IMG/VR virus record: IMGVR_UViG_3300029821_000084 | Span: 1-48,729 of that record | Source of the DNA: a virus | Taxonomy: Duplodnaviria > Caudoviricetes | Length of the DNA stretch: 48,729 nucleotides | Reading direction: 5' to 3' (one strand) | In this document: positions 1 to 9,889 of the stretch, piece by piece | Numbering within the stretch: position 1 is the first letter of the stretch | Layout: every line of letters starts with the position of its first letter | Translations under genes and position numbers: made by a program | The notes under the pieces: generated by a model | What the model was told of the DNA's origin: nothing | Database searches by the model: none | The model's input: only the letters and a program-made list of their open reading frames with translations

Positions 1-104
1 ATTTTTTTTACGAATTACTAAATCATGGCTTAACTAAGCATTTTATCAGTTCAATTATTTTTGTCCAATAAGTAATGTCCATTTTCATTCACTTTTAAGC
101 AAAT

Positions 105-176
105 ATGTTCTCACACACAAGCTGCGTTGAAACGACCGAATTGCTTGCAAAATCAACCTTGTGTGTATTGAAGTAA
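105..176 (+). other. Degenerate copy of the rlmD/rumA 3' end (candidate att-site remnant)
   Basis: Translates MFSHTSCVETTELL, resembling the RlmD C-terminal DMFPxTxHVETvxLL motif. An in-frame TAA at 96-98 shows it is not part of an intact gene. Confidence 0.55.
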
Positions 177-281
177 CATCAAAATCGACTAAAATATGTT
201 TCCCCTTACATGGTTAGATAGGTGGCTAAAATACCAAAGTAACATATTTTTGATGTTTTTGAATCTATAATTGCAAATCAT

Positions 282-537
282 ATTACAATTCTTTAATTTC
301 GGCTACAGAGTGAATAATATGATTTTAGTCTCTTTTATTCAATATTTTCATATTGTCTATTTATTCCATTTTCAAAACGATACTGAGAATAGATAAATTT
401 GCTCAAATTAATTGTTAAGCCTTGCATTTCAAATCTATCAGTTATTGAAAACATTAGAGCAGAAAACTTAAAATACCCAAAAGTAATCCAACGATACCTA
501 AAATTAATCCAATCAAAGCTAACCTCTTTTTCTTCAT
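282..537 (-). pseudogene. Frameshifted small membrane protein gene
   Basis: RBS-like gaaagg, then ATG AAG AAA AGA and an early stop. A hydrophobic run LALIGLILGIVGLLLGILSFSALMF continues in another frame and meets further stops. The 3' limit is approximate. Confidence 0.4.
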
Positions 538-562
538 ACTAATCTGACCTTTCATATATGAT

Positions 563-1309
563 TTATTCATATATTCTTTCTTTGTTTTTAAGGTAAATCT
601 TCACCATCATCTTTTCATAAAATGGAGTGCTTATCACTAGTAGAGCAAACCAACCTATAAGAAGATACATTGCAGGATCTCCTGAAACACCTGTAGGTGT
701 ATCAATGATTCCGTAATAATACATAAATCGTAACCCCAACACTAACCAAATAGCAATGTTTCTAAAGATGAAAATCAGTCGCATTCCAATAAAGAAAAGT
801 GGTCTACTCATAACCATTTTTTTGCTTAAAGCTATTGCTTCTTTAGTAGATACATTTGCATCTATCTTTATAATCGTGGCAAAAGAAAATACTGTTTGAA
901 GGGAAATATAGATTAAAATGGTTATAAATGTGACTATTAATGAAGTTGCTATGTTTTCTGAGATGTCCACAGATAAAATGTTTATTAAAATGTTATCTGT
1001 CACTGGAATTAAAGCTATTAATATAGCATAGATAAAACCTAGAAAAATATAGTGGGACAATACAGTTGATCTACTTGATTTATCCATAAATTTAAAAGCG
1101 TCTTTAATCTTTATTGGCTCGTTTCTGTATAGGGCAAATACTGCGTAATTTATACCAATCAAAATAGGCACTAAAAATAATGCTCCTATCAAAAATGTCG
1201 CCCAACTACCTATAAATAAAGCAATATAACCGAATAGAACCAATAAATGTAGTTTTATGTGCTGCGAATACTTTGTTTGTGCATTATCCATTTGATTTCT
1301 TTCCTCCAT
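563..1309 (-). CDS. Multi-pass membrane protein (DUF975-like)
   Basis: 248-aa ORF with several hydrophobic segments and the pattern 'EAIALSKKMV'. Confidence 0.6.
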   Translation of the reverse strand: MEERNQMDNAQTKYSQHIKLHLLVLFGYIALFIGSWATFLIGALFLVPILIGINYAVFALYRNEPIKIKDAFKFMDKSSRSTVLSHYIFLGFIYAILIALIPVTDNILINILSVDISENIATSLIVTFITILIYISLQTVFSFATIIKIDANVSTKEAIALSKKMVMSRPLFFIGMRLIFIFRNIAIWLVLGLRFMYYYGIIDTPTGVSGDPAMYLLIGWFALLVISTPFYEKMMVKIYLKNKERIYE

Positions 1310-1377
1310 GAAAATCGTTAATCATACAATATAATGAGCTATTAGAAAGCTCTAGTGCCCTCCAAATTGTACGAATC

Positions 1378-1911
1378 TCAGCGATCTGAAATTGATGAAT
1401 TTGAATGAGCCTGTTCCAACTTTTTATATACCCTCTGAACTTGCGGTAACTTTGATTTTTGGATATGTTGCAAGATACCTTTGTGCGAAATTTGAGTATG
1501 ATTTACCAAGAAATCTCTCAACACATCTACTTCTTTTTTCAATGCAAAAAAAACTCCTGCTCCATTCAACTTGAATTTATGATTGATGAAAGCATCATAT
1601 AATGGTAAAAATACTTCATTAGTCGCATCTATATTTAGAATTAGTTTGTAATATAAGATCATCAAATAATTTTCAGGTAATTCAATTTCTCTACTTAACT
1701 CATAAAAATCTTTATCATTTTCCATACATAAAAAAGTATAGCATTTGTATAATTTCACAAGTTCAAGTTTTTTCTTGCTTGATAAAAGCTGAATGTAACT
1801 ATCACATACATGCAAGTTACTGTTATAGTCCATTGTTTCGTGATTTTTTCTATATATCTTTTTAAACCTATTAAAATTTATCATTTCTATTATCAACATT
1901 TTTATATTCAT
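1378..1911 (-). CDS. Hypothetical protein
   Basis: 177-aa ORF with a gaggtg RBS before the ATG. Confidence 0.6.
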   Translation of the reverse strand: MNIKMLIIEMINFNRFKKIYRKNHETMDYNSNLHVCDSYIQLLSSKKKLELVKLYKCYTFLCMENDKDFYELSREIELPENYLMILYYKLILNIDATNEVFLPLYDAFINHKFKLNGAGVFFALKKEVDVLRDFLVNHTQISHKGILQHIQKSKLPQVQRVYKKLEQAHSNSSISDR

Positions 1912-1939
1912 AGAAACACCTCATAAAGCATACGCTTTT

Positions 1940-2343
1940 TCATTTTTTATTTCTTATAGTATCTTTTATTTTTTGTTGCTCTCTGTTAAGTGATATCTTT
2001 AGAATACTACCCATTAACACAATTAAGTTAAAAAACAATATTGAAACCCCTATCCAATAAATCATTTGACTACCTGTTACAAAATGTAGGATTATTAATA
2101 AAAGACCTGTCAAATTGATTACATAATAGATGCCTATGCATACAATGAGAAAATTGATGTATGTCCACCTTTTCGCATAATGCCAGGAATTAATAGTTTA
2201 ATTTTTTGGATATTGACAAATCTTGTTTTGTTTATCCCGATACTACTTAAAAATTGTAGTTCCTTGTCAATAAATAGCAATATAACAAATGTAACAAGTG
2301 ACATAATACTCAATCCAATCAATATTTCATACATTTTCATCAC
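1940..2343 (-). pseudogene. Frameshifted membrane protein gene
   Basis: ORF 2134-2343 stops at TAG, but a shifted frame continues GIYYVINLTGLLLIILHFVTGSQMIYWIGVSILFFNLIVLMGSILKISLNREQQK... to TGA at 1940. Confidence 0.55.
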
Positions 2344-2432
2344 TCCATTTTTAAGAAATTTTTGATAATACTTTCATTCGATTCATTATATATATGCTTT
2401 TATGTCAATAACGTGGACACGATAAGTTAAAA

Positions 2433-2960
2433 TTATCCTGAAAATGTTACCAAAATAATAGTTAACGGAATCAAGATAAACGAATACATCAATGCTTTAT
2501 TGAATTGCTTCATTTTTTGATACGCTATCTTCGAATTAATATTAACTTGTTTTAATATCATTTCACAAATCTCTTTATCAGTTGCCTTTTTAGCTAAATC
2601 GAGATACTCTTGATCAGTCATATTAGAAACAGATATGAAAGAAACAAGGTTAGTATGATCAATTGAAAGACCTGTTTTTAATCTTGCTGTAAAAACTAAT
2701 ATTAAATTGTATATAACTAGAAACAAAACTAATAGATACAAAACAGCTATTATTATACCGAAGGTAATTGATACATTATTCCCATTCAATATAACATCAA
2801 CAATTTTGCTATAGGAGTTTGAAGTTAATCCTACAAGCAAAGCAATAAATGCTAACAATATGGATGATTTACTATCAGCAGCAGTTATCCAAGAGTTGAC
2901 TAGTTCTAGTGTTCTATATGATGTATCTTTATCAAAAGCTTTATCTATTTTATCTCCCAT
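2433..2960 (-). CDS. pycTM: Pycsar transmembrane effector (PycTM-like)
   Basis: 'WITAADSKSSILLAF' N-terminal motif, two TM helices, 'QVNINSKIAYQK' and a C-terminal TM helix; overlaps the cyclase gene. Confidence 0.8.
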   Translation of the reverse strand: MGDKIDKAFDKDTSYRTLELVNSWITAADSKSSILLAFIALLVGLTSNSYSKIVDVILNGNNVSITFGIIIAVLYLLVLFLVIYNLILVFTARLKTGLSIDHTNLVSFISVSNMTDQEYLDLAKKATDKEICEMILKQVNINSKIAYQKMKQFNKALMYSFILIPLTIILVTFSG

Positions 2961-3619
2961 GTTGCCTCCTTGATAATATAAGTGTTTGGTAAATCAGTTA
3001 TGAAATTTTCACAAAAAACTCTATGATGTTGATCTAAGTGCTCATAGGTTTTTGAGTCTAGTATAATTTGCTCTTCTTTCGCTTTGCTACAAAATTTGGA
3101 AGCGTAGTTTGTTATATCACTAGGATATGCAACCTCACTACCATTATCAGTCGTTAGCCTTGTAACATAAACATGTCCTGTTCTAATACCGATACCACAG
3201 CCAATTTTCCAATCCTTGTTTAATAGAGAATTCATTGACTCAGCTATGTAAGTATGAATGGTCAATGCAGCATCAACTGCTCTTTGTCCGGAATTTCCTG
3301 TTGTATCATTTGTGAATCCACATAGGATGCCATCACCAACAATTTGAAGTATTGATCCATTATAATCATTTATAGCTTTCTTGCATAAGTTAGTAAACAT
3401 TTTATAGATCTTGACCATATTCTTTCTGCCTATGCTATCAGTCAGAACAGTTGAACTTCTAATGTCTACAAACATTAGTGATGCTTCGATATTATATACC
3501 TTGCTACCACTGGGAATCTGATTTTTATCCAAAAAACCATCTTGGTTAATAACATTTATATTTTGATCCAGGATTTGCTTTAGCTCATTTTTTAATTGAT
3601 CAATTTGACTCTGTTTCAT
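2945..3619 (-). CDS. pycC: Class III nucleotide cyclase (Pycsar PycC-like)
   Basis: Metal-binding motifs FVDIRSST and VGDGIL, plus GIGIRTG; coupled to a PycTM-like gene. Confidence 0.8.
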   Translation of the reverse strand: MKQSQIDQLKNELKQILDQNINVINQDGFLDKNQIPSGSKVYNIEASLMFVDIRSSTVLTDSIGRKNMVKIYKMFTNLCKKAINDYNGSILQIVGDGILCGFTNDTTGNSGQRAVDAALTIHTYIAESMNSLLNKDWKIGCGIGIRTGHVYVTRLTTDNGSEVAYPSDITNYASKFCSKAKEEQIILDSKTYEHLDQHHRVFCENFITDLPNTYIIKEATWEIK

Positions 3620-3664
3620 ATTATAACCTCACATTCATTCAATTATTATTGATGAAATATCATT

Positions 3665-4018
3665 CTATACCATTTTTATAAAATGAATAGCTAAAGCTGG
3701 ATGTGACAATCTATTCTCAACAGAATAATATGTGGTATCATCAACAACAGCTTGTGGATCTTTGTATCTCGATTTAAAATCTCTTTCAAAGGTTTCTGTA
3801 TACATTTCTAGTAAATTATTAAATACCTTTAGATCAGTTACAATGCATCTAACAAAATCGTTCTTATTTGATGCTTTCTTAAAAATGATAGTGTCTCCAA
3901 TACTGACTTTCTTTCTTTTCTCATCTAAAAGACGGTATTCAATAGTTTTCTTGCCTTTATTGGTTTCTTCGAAATACTCATCTAATAAAGTCATATGATG
4001 TTCCATAAATACCTCCAC
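3665..4018 (-). CDS. ASCH/PUA-like domain protein
   Basis: GKKTIEYRLLDEKR...IGDTIIF matches the ASCH GxKxxExR motif; true start probably at MEHHM. Confidence 0.8.
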   Translation of the reverse strand: MEVFMEHHMTLLDEYFEETNKGKKTIEYRLLDEKRKKVSIGDTIIFKKASNKNDFVRCIVTDLKVFNNLLEMYTETFERDFKSRYKDPQAVVDDTTYYSVENRLSHPALAIHFIKMV

Positions 4019-4057
4019 AATATATTCTAAATCACTTTCTTTATCGTTTATATAAAC

Positions 4058-4528
4058 TTAGAGATAACTATCGGCAGTTTTATAGTTACTCCACCAAATC
4101 GGCTTTGAATCTCTTGGTTTTAGGAATGAAACAATAGATTTCTCTCCTCTAAAACCTAAACTTCTTAGTAAACTATACATTGGAAAGTTATCATTGTTAA
4201 CACGGCACTCAATTTTAGGGTACAACTCGAGCACATCGTTCATGATTTTGGCACCTATTCCCTGATTTCTATGTTCTCTAGTAACATAAAGTGCACGAAT
4301 AAAAATCACGCTTTCTTCTCTCTCAACAAAAGTAACAAATCCTACAAGCCTATCACCATTTATATAAACCCAAATGTGAAAATCCCTATTTTTAATAGGC
4401 ATTTCTGAAACAATATTTGATGAGTTGATTCCTATAAGTTTCTTTATGAGGTCAGTCTCAGTGAGCATGATTTGTCTTATTCTCTTAATAAGGATTGAAT
4501 TTACATCAGTATCTTTAATGATCTCCAT
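4058..4528 (-). CDS. GNAT family acetyltransferase
   Basis: Acetyl-CoA motif LYVTREHRNQGIG and N-x-x-M-x-x-L-x-x-x-GF. Confidence 0.8.
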   Translation of the reverse strand: MEIIKDTDVNSILIKRIRQIMLTETDLIKKLIGINSSNIVSEMPIKNRDFHIWVYINGDRLVGFVTFVEREESVIFIRALYVTREHRNQGIGAKIMNDVLELYPKIECRVNNDNFPMYSLLRSLGFRGEKSIVSFLKPRDSKPIWWSNYKTADSYL

Positions 4529-4600
4529 AATTGAAACCTCATTTTTTCATAAAAGTATAAACTCCAATTTTAATTTCGTTATAACATCATTAAATAGTAT

Positions 4601-5284
4601 TTAATTCAATTCTAACTCCTTATAGTTTTCAGAAGTGAATGTATCTACAAAAATTTCGTTTAACTTGTTTATTATTTTTTCCAAGAGTTCTTTCTTTTCC
4701 TTTGTTATACTGCTTCTTTCTTTCATTTCTTTCAATATATGTCTCTGTTTTATTATTTTATCAAGCAAAAAATTAACTTGGTGTCTTTTTAGATAAAGTT
4801 TCAACTCGACATACATGTATCTGCCTAAATCCGTTTTATAAATAATTGATCCATAATCATTTCTAGCTAAATGATTATCGTATTCATCTGTGCATGGATT
4901 AACAAAGCCTTTATTATCGTTAAAAGATATTAATGGATCATTAGTAATCCATTTATTCGACTTTGCTCTATTGCAATATGGACATGAATAGAATAGATTT
5001 GAAAATTTAAATTCATATTCTGCAAACTTCGACCTTGGTGCAAAATGTTCTATATGATAATTGTCAAAGCCTCCTGCATAAGTATCTCTATCATTACAAT
5101 AAGCACAATTATATGTGAAATCATTCTGTAGAATTTTCTTTAAATCTGCATTGAGATGTCTTATCTCATAATCTATTTTTTTATATGGAACCTGACTTCT
5201 AAGCTTATTCATGATTATCAATCTTTCGTAGTAATTCATCAATTTCTGTTGCAATTTTTTCAAGCTTTGAAATACTATTATCAC
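4601..5284 (-). CDS. HNH endonuclease (probable start at MNKLRS, 5212)
   Basis: CAYC...HIEHFAPRSK...NLFYSCPYCNRAK is a zinc-binding HNH motif. Confidence 0.85.
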   Translation of the reverse strand: MIIVFQSLKKLQQKLMNYYERLIIMNKLRSQVPYKKIDYEIRHLNADLKKILQNDFTYNCAYCNDRDTYAGGFDNYHIEHFAPRSKFAEYEFKFSNLFYSCPYCNRAKSNKWITNDPLISFNDNKGFVNPCTDEYDNHLARNDYGSIIYKTDLGRYMYVELKLYLKRHQVNFLLDKIIKQRHILKEMKERSSITKEKKELLEKIINKLNEIFVDTFTSENYKELELN

Positions 5285-5906
5285 TTCTTTGCTCTTCAGT
5301 CATTCTCGTTTTAGTGAATAGATATGATTCTATTTGTCTATCAAGATATAAAACTCTTTCACGTTGATGTTGATTAGGATTCTTTGTTTCCAAAAGAGAA
5401 AGTAGCTCACTTTCCCAATTCTCTATATTCGTTAGATGATATTTAACATCTTGAATAATCTTGGCATGGACATCTGCTCTCTCAGTAGGATCATCCAAAT
5501 ATCTACTTGTGTCAAGAACTCTATTAGCCGGAAACAACTCATCTCTATACAATGCATCTTCATATGCTGTCATTAAATAGTATGGGAAGAACTCGTATCT
5601 CTCCTTAATAAACTCTGCGATTTTCACTCCGTTTAATGTTGTATTCGCATAGGTAGACAGACGATAATCAATAAAAACAGCATCCATTTCACCCTTTGAT
5701 ATCATATCTGATAAAACAACTAACACAGCATCTCTATTATCCTTAATTTTAAGATCGATAGGTATAAGTTGAATATTCGAGTACATCTGTATCTTATCTG
5801 GTTTAGCATCTTCAAATCCCTCTTTAATATTTGCCTTAATACTAATTAGTTTATTGTCATCATCTTCAATTAAACCAATTCTAATAATTTTATAATCAGC
5901 ACTCAT
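5205..5906 (-). CDS. Response-regulator receiver domain protein with helical C-terminus
   Basis: Acidic pocket IEDDD, phospho-acceptor region FIDYRL, NGVKIA and MTAY; no obvious DNA-binding output domain. Confidence 0.75.
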   Translation of the reverse strand: MSADYKIIRIGLIEDDDNKLISIKANIKEGFEDAKPDKIQMYSNIQLIPIDLKIKDNRDAVLVVLSDMISKGEMDAVFIDYRLSTYANTTLNGVKIAEFIKERYEFFPYYLMTAYEDALYRDELFPANRVLDTSRYLDDPTERADVHAKIIQDVKYHLTNIENWESELLSLLETKNPNQHQRERVLYLDRQIESYLFTKTRMTEEQRSDNSISKLEKIATEIDELLRKIDNHE

Positions 5907-8203
5907 TGTCTTACCTCACTAGGAATCAATATGCTAAGTTTGAATCCATTTTTGTGTTCATCAATAATATATTCTCCATTATATTCAGATATTGTAGAAG
6001 AAACTATATACATCCCCATGCCAGTGCCTATTTTCTTACCACTATTGTCCACTTTGCTTGTTTCTCCATAAATAAAAATATCGTATGGATCTTTGAAAAC
6101 ATTAGAGATACCAGGTCCGTTATCTGCATATTTTATCTGTATCTTATCACTTTTCTCTTCAAGTGATATCTCTATTCTTCTCTTGTCGATTGAAATGTTA
6201 TTTCTCTCAAATGCTTCGATGGAGTTTATAAGCAGATTATATAGTATTGCGTCAAAATCTGACTCTAGTGCTCTTTTGTTGATTTGATATCGAGGTTTAT
6301 TATACTGAACATCAATTTGTTTAAACTCAAAAATAGGTTTCATTAAATTAATCAAATTTCCTATAACGTCAGCAACATTGAATTTTTTCCTTCTTCGTTT
6401 ATCACTTTTTTGTTGTTCTGTAATAACCGAGATCCATGAATGTAATAACAAATCATTGTTTCTTAAAGCTTCAATCATTTCATCTCTTAACTCAATATCA
6501 TTTCTTTTAATCAAACCCTTTAATTTCTGTGCTCTTGATTTCAATGTAGATTGTATACTCTTCAGATCATGTACAATTGAAGTCGTTATCAATCCATTTG
6601 TAGCAAGAGTCCTATATGAATTTATTTCAGCAATCAATTCTTTTTCTTTTTCAGCCTGTATTTGCACGGTCTTTGCAAGTGTTGCTTCTGGAGTTGATAC
6701 AGTCTCCATTTTCTTGGTTGCTGTCTTATTAATCTCTTTTGCTATTCTGCGACCTTCAGCCTTCACAACTTCATTTTGATTAATCTTATCATCATACAGT
6801 TTTAAGTTGTACCCTATGTAAGCACGGTCTTTTTCAAACAAACTTATAATTGCGATGATTACTGACTTTAGTGACTGAAAAACCTTATTTTCTATAATAC
6901 CTTCTCTACTTGATTTATCAAGAATATCGCTATTAAATACTCTCGAGATGAACAACGTTCCTTGTCCTTGTAAGTTTCTAACTTTCCATTGTTGAGTTGG
7001 ATGGCTCACCCCTGCTGGATTTTCAGCTCTTCTTGCATCTAAATTAAGCCAATCGAATGATTCTGAATCTTTATCCCCATATGGTTTAACCCAAAAATTA
7101 TCTCTATAAATTTTAACACCCGAATAGCTATTCATCCAAATTTGTCTTTTATCACTAATATCTTTGTACTTGAAAACTTCTTTATCAGATTTGTTTGCAA
7201 GTAACTTCATGAATATATAACTAAACTTAAATCTACCTATTCGTTTTACATTATTAATTAAGTCTATATCGTTTGAGTTTAGAAGTTTTTCGATACTATA
7301 TTCAGACACAAACGTTCCCTTTTCAAAATCCTCTTTAGTAAAACGTTCTTTTTTGAATCCCTTTTGCTCAAAAATATCGTCAGTAAATTTTCGTAAGTTA
7401 TACTCGTTTCTAACTAAAACTATGTTGAACTTTTCTCCATCAAATTTAGCGCTAATCTTATAATCAAATTCATCGCCAATTGGATTAGCGATTTTCTCAG
7501 GTTCAATAATCGGATTAGGTTGAAAATATATATCAAAAGTGGAATCATCTTGTTCATTTGGAGGTATTAAAAACCCCAATGATTTTGAAATGTTATCGAT
7601 ATCATTTTGACTCCAAACTTGTCTTAATTCTTTTATTCGGATTATGGTTCCGGTATTAAACTCTTTTTTTTCATTTAATAGAATTTGTTCGAGATAATTC
7701 TCAAGATATTTTGGAACATAATCAATGATATTTTTATCATTAAATAGTTCATAATCTGCCTCAATCTCATCAATAGTTTTATCACTTTGCTCAAATGTAT
7801 TCCAGTCGTTTAACCAATGAACAGTATTCTCACTATCTTTGTGTTTGGTAAATATTTCGCATTTATTCCCCAGTTTATCTAAAGCAAACCGTCCTATACC
7901 TTTTTCTCCAGCTTTTATACGAGATTTTTCGGATTTAAAGTCTGATTTCTTTTTGTCTGTTCCAATCAACATCCACTCATTAAGGATTGTCTCTTCTGTC
8001 ATCCCAATACCATTATCGATAATTATGATTTCATCATTGTCAACGTCAAAAGAAACTAAACACAAATCTGCGTCTGCATCATAAGTATTTTTAATTAACT
8101 CATTTATTGCGCTATCAACTCTTGCTATGCTTTCTCTACCAAGAAGGATTGTAGTTCTCGATGCAATCCCAAATTTAGCTTTTTTCATAATTTTCTCCTT
8201 CAA
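5903..8203 (-). CDS. GHKL (MORC/MutL-like) ATPase fused to histidine kinase
   Basis: N-terminal ELIKNTYDADA / DNGIGM / GEKGIGRFA. C-terminal H-box HDLKS, N-box NLLINSIEA, G1 DNGPGI and G2 GTGMGM. Confidence 0.85.
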   Translation of the reverse strand: MKEKIMKKAKFGIASRTTILLGRESIARVDSAINELIKNTYDADADLCLVSFDVDNDEIIIIDNGIGMTEETILNEWMLIGTDKKKSDFKSEKSRIKAGEKGIGRFALDKLGNKCEIFTKHKDSENTVHWLNDWNTFEQSDKTIDEIEADYELFNDKNIIDYVPKYLENYLEQILLNEKKEFNTGTIIRIKELRQVWSQNDIDNISKSLGFLIPPNEQDDSTFDIYFQPNPIIEPEKIANPIGDEFDYKISAKFDGEKFNIVLVRNEYNLRKFTDDIFEQKGFKKERFTKEDFEKGTFVSEYSIEKLLNSNDIDLINNVKRIGRFKFSYIFMKLLANKSDKEVFKYKDISDKRQIWMNSYSGVKIYRDNFWVKPYGDKDSESFDWLNLDARRAENPAGVSHPTQQWKVRNLQGQGTLFISRVFNSDILDKSSREGIIENKVFQSLKSVIIAIISLFEKDRAYIGYNLKLYDDKINQNEVVKAEGRRIAKEINKTATKKMETVSTPEATLAKTVQIQAEKEKELIAEINSYRTLATNGLITTSIVHDLKSIQSTLKSRAQKLKGLIKRNDIELRDEMIEALRNNDLLLHSWISVITEQQKSDKRRRKKFNVADVIGNLINLMKPIFEFKQIDVQYNKPRYQINKRALESDFDAILYNLLINSIEAFERNNISIDKRRIEISLEEKSDKIQIKYADNGPGISNVFKDPYDIFIYGETSKVDNSGKKIGTGMGMYIVSSTISEYNGEYIIDEHKNGFKLSILIPSEVRQ

Positions 8204-9642
8204 AACATGTAATTTTTTATATCAATAACTTTGATGCGTACGGAATTACCATCGACCAATATACCAACTGACATTGCATAATTTATAAATTCTTGAGATC
8301 GTAAAATTTCAATAGCTTCATCCAACGAATATTCATTACTTTTTTCACTAATAAAAATACCAGAATATGGAACACTATTCTCATCCAACAAATAGCAATG
8401 AACTCTATTTGTAATAATTGTAGACATCACTATCTTACTTTGACCTATGATATTATTAATAGCCTGAGATCTACCATACTCAAACCAATGAGCATTTTCA
8501 TCATGTTTTCTTAATTTCAGTTTCTCTTTAAACTGATTTAAGTAAGATAAAAGCCCAGGATATTGCTCAATGTTTTCTATCCTCTTCAATTGTTTTTCTT
8601 GGTCTATAATATAGGGAAAAATGATTTTTTCCTCTTTGCTTGATCTTAAAGAATTGGGTTTCCCTGCATCTCTAATAAACTGGTCTTCAATATAGAAGCT
8701 TCCAATTTTATAGTGTTTATCAAGCTTTGTATAAGGTTTATTAATAACGAAGGCTTTATTCAATTGAGTAGCCACTGAGATTTGGACATCAAAGAAATCT
8801 CCAAAACGGTTTTTTCTTCTTGGAGTATTATTAAATACCCATGGACCACTCAAAGTATTTTTATCGATGTATTTTGATTTTATATGCTTTTTACTGATAT
8901 CTAAATACTCAATGTTTTTAAAATCGCTTCCTTTTTGGAACATGATTATTGTTGACGTCACACTCATATATACAGTCTTGCTGTTTTTTCTAAGAAAAAG
9001 TCTCTTATCTCTATAATCGATTATTTTAACTAAACCCTTCTTTACAATTTCACGTAATTTTTCTGCATGCGTATTTTTAAAAATACCTGAAGGTATAAGA
9101 TATACAAGAATACCTTTATCTTCTAATCTGGTAATAGCATCTTCAATGAAAGCGTAATAATAATCTGGTTTACCTTCTCGACATGATTCATATTTACTTT
9201 TGATTAATGCTCTATTTTCTGAGCTTAAACCACTATATTTAATATATGGAGGATTACCAATTACGATATCAAACTTAATTTTTAAATCATCCATGAGAGA
9301 GTCTTTCAAAAATAGATTCCATTTAACATTAACTATGTCGTTATCATTTAAAATCTCATTTAGTTCAAGCAGAGTCTGGTTATAATATTTCTCATCAATT
9401 TCGTATCCGTATAGATTGTTCTCTATTTTTAAAGCTATCTCGGAATTAGAGAGTCCAATTTCACGTCCAATTCTTATATACTCATTTATTATGGACTTCA
9501 GAAAAACACCTTCTCCAAATGAGTTTTCAAGAATTCTCTTGCTAAATATATTCTCATCCAGACAAGCTAATCCTAACATATATTCAGCCACTTTTTCAGG
9601 CGTGAAAATTTGACATGTATCGTATTTTTGCATTATATTCAC
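8200..9642 (-). CDS. N6-adenine DNA methyltransferase (gamma class, Eco57I/TaqI-like)
   Basis: Motif X FTP, motif I LENSFGEGVF, motif IV GNPPY, and a C-terminal TRD with WFEYGRSQ. Confidence 0.9.
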   Translation of the reverse strand: MNIMQKYDTCQIFTPEKVAEYMLGLACLDENIFSKRILENSFGEGVFLKSIINEYIRIGREIGLSNSEIALKIENNLYGYEIDEKYYNQTLLELNEILNDNDIVNVKWNLFLKDSLMDDLKIKFDIVIGNPPYIKYSGLSSENRALIKSKYESCREGKPDYYYAFIEDAITRLEDKGILVYLIPSGIFKNTHAEKLREIVKKGLVKIIDYRDKRLFLRKNSKTVYMSVTSTIIMFQKGSDFKNIEYLDISKKHIKSKYIDKNTLSGPWVFNNTPRRKNRFGDFFDVQISVATQLNKAFVINKPYTKLDKHYKIGSFYIEDQFIRDAGKPNSLRSSKEEKIIFPYIIDQEKQLKRIENIEQYPGLLSYLNQFKEKLKLRKHDENAHWFEYGRSQAINNIIGQSKIVMSTIITNRVHCYLLDENSVPYSGIFISEKSNEYSLDEAIEILRSQEFINYAMSVGILVDGNSVRIKVIDIKNYMF

Positions 9643-9889
9643 CTTTGTATTTGTATTAGATCAATTTTTCAGATTAGACTGTATATTATTTATATCAGAT
9701 TAAATCAACTCAAAATCTTCTACATCACGCTTTGCACTTTAGTCATCTCATCTAGGTATTCTTCCTGAAGTAATTTTAATCTGTTTACTATATTATAACC
9801 TTTTTTATTGTATAAAAATAGTTCATAATGAAAATCAAAATAGTGAAGTTGTTAGATTAATGATGTTTTATAAAATACCGCAACCGCTC

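Noticed and set aside
2405-2430. Possible further att remnant (gtccacgtt on the minus strand)
   Set aside because: The match to the HVE motif is too short to distinguish from chance.
4601-5284. Septu or retron assignment for the HNH gene
   Set aside because: No PtuA-like ABC ATPase or reverse transcriptase nearby; its partners are a GHKL kinase and a receiver.
5906-9613. Short plus-strand ORFs opposite the kinase and MTase genes (and similar ones throughout the window)
   Set aside because: All are fully overlapped by well-supported genes on the other strand.
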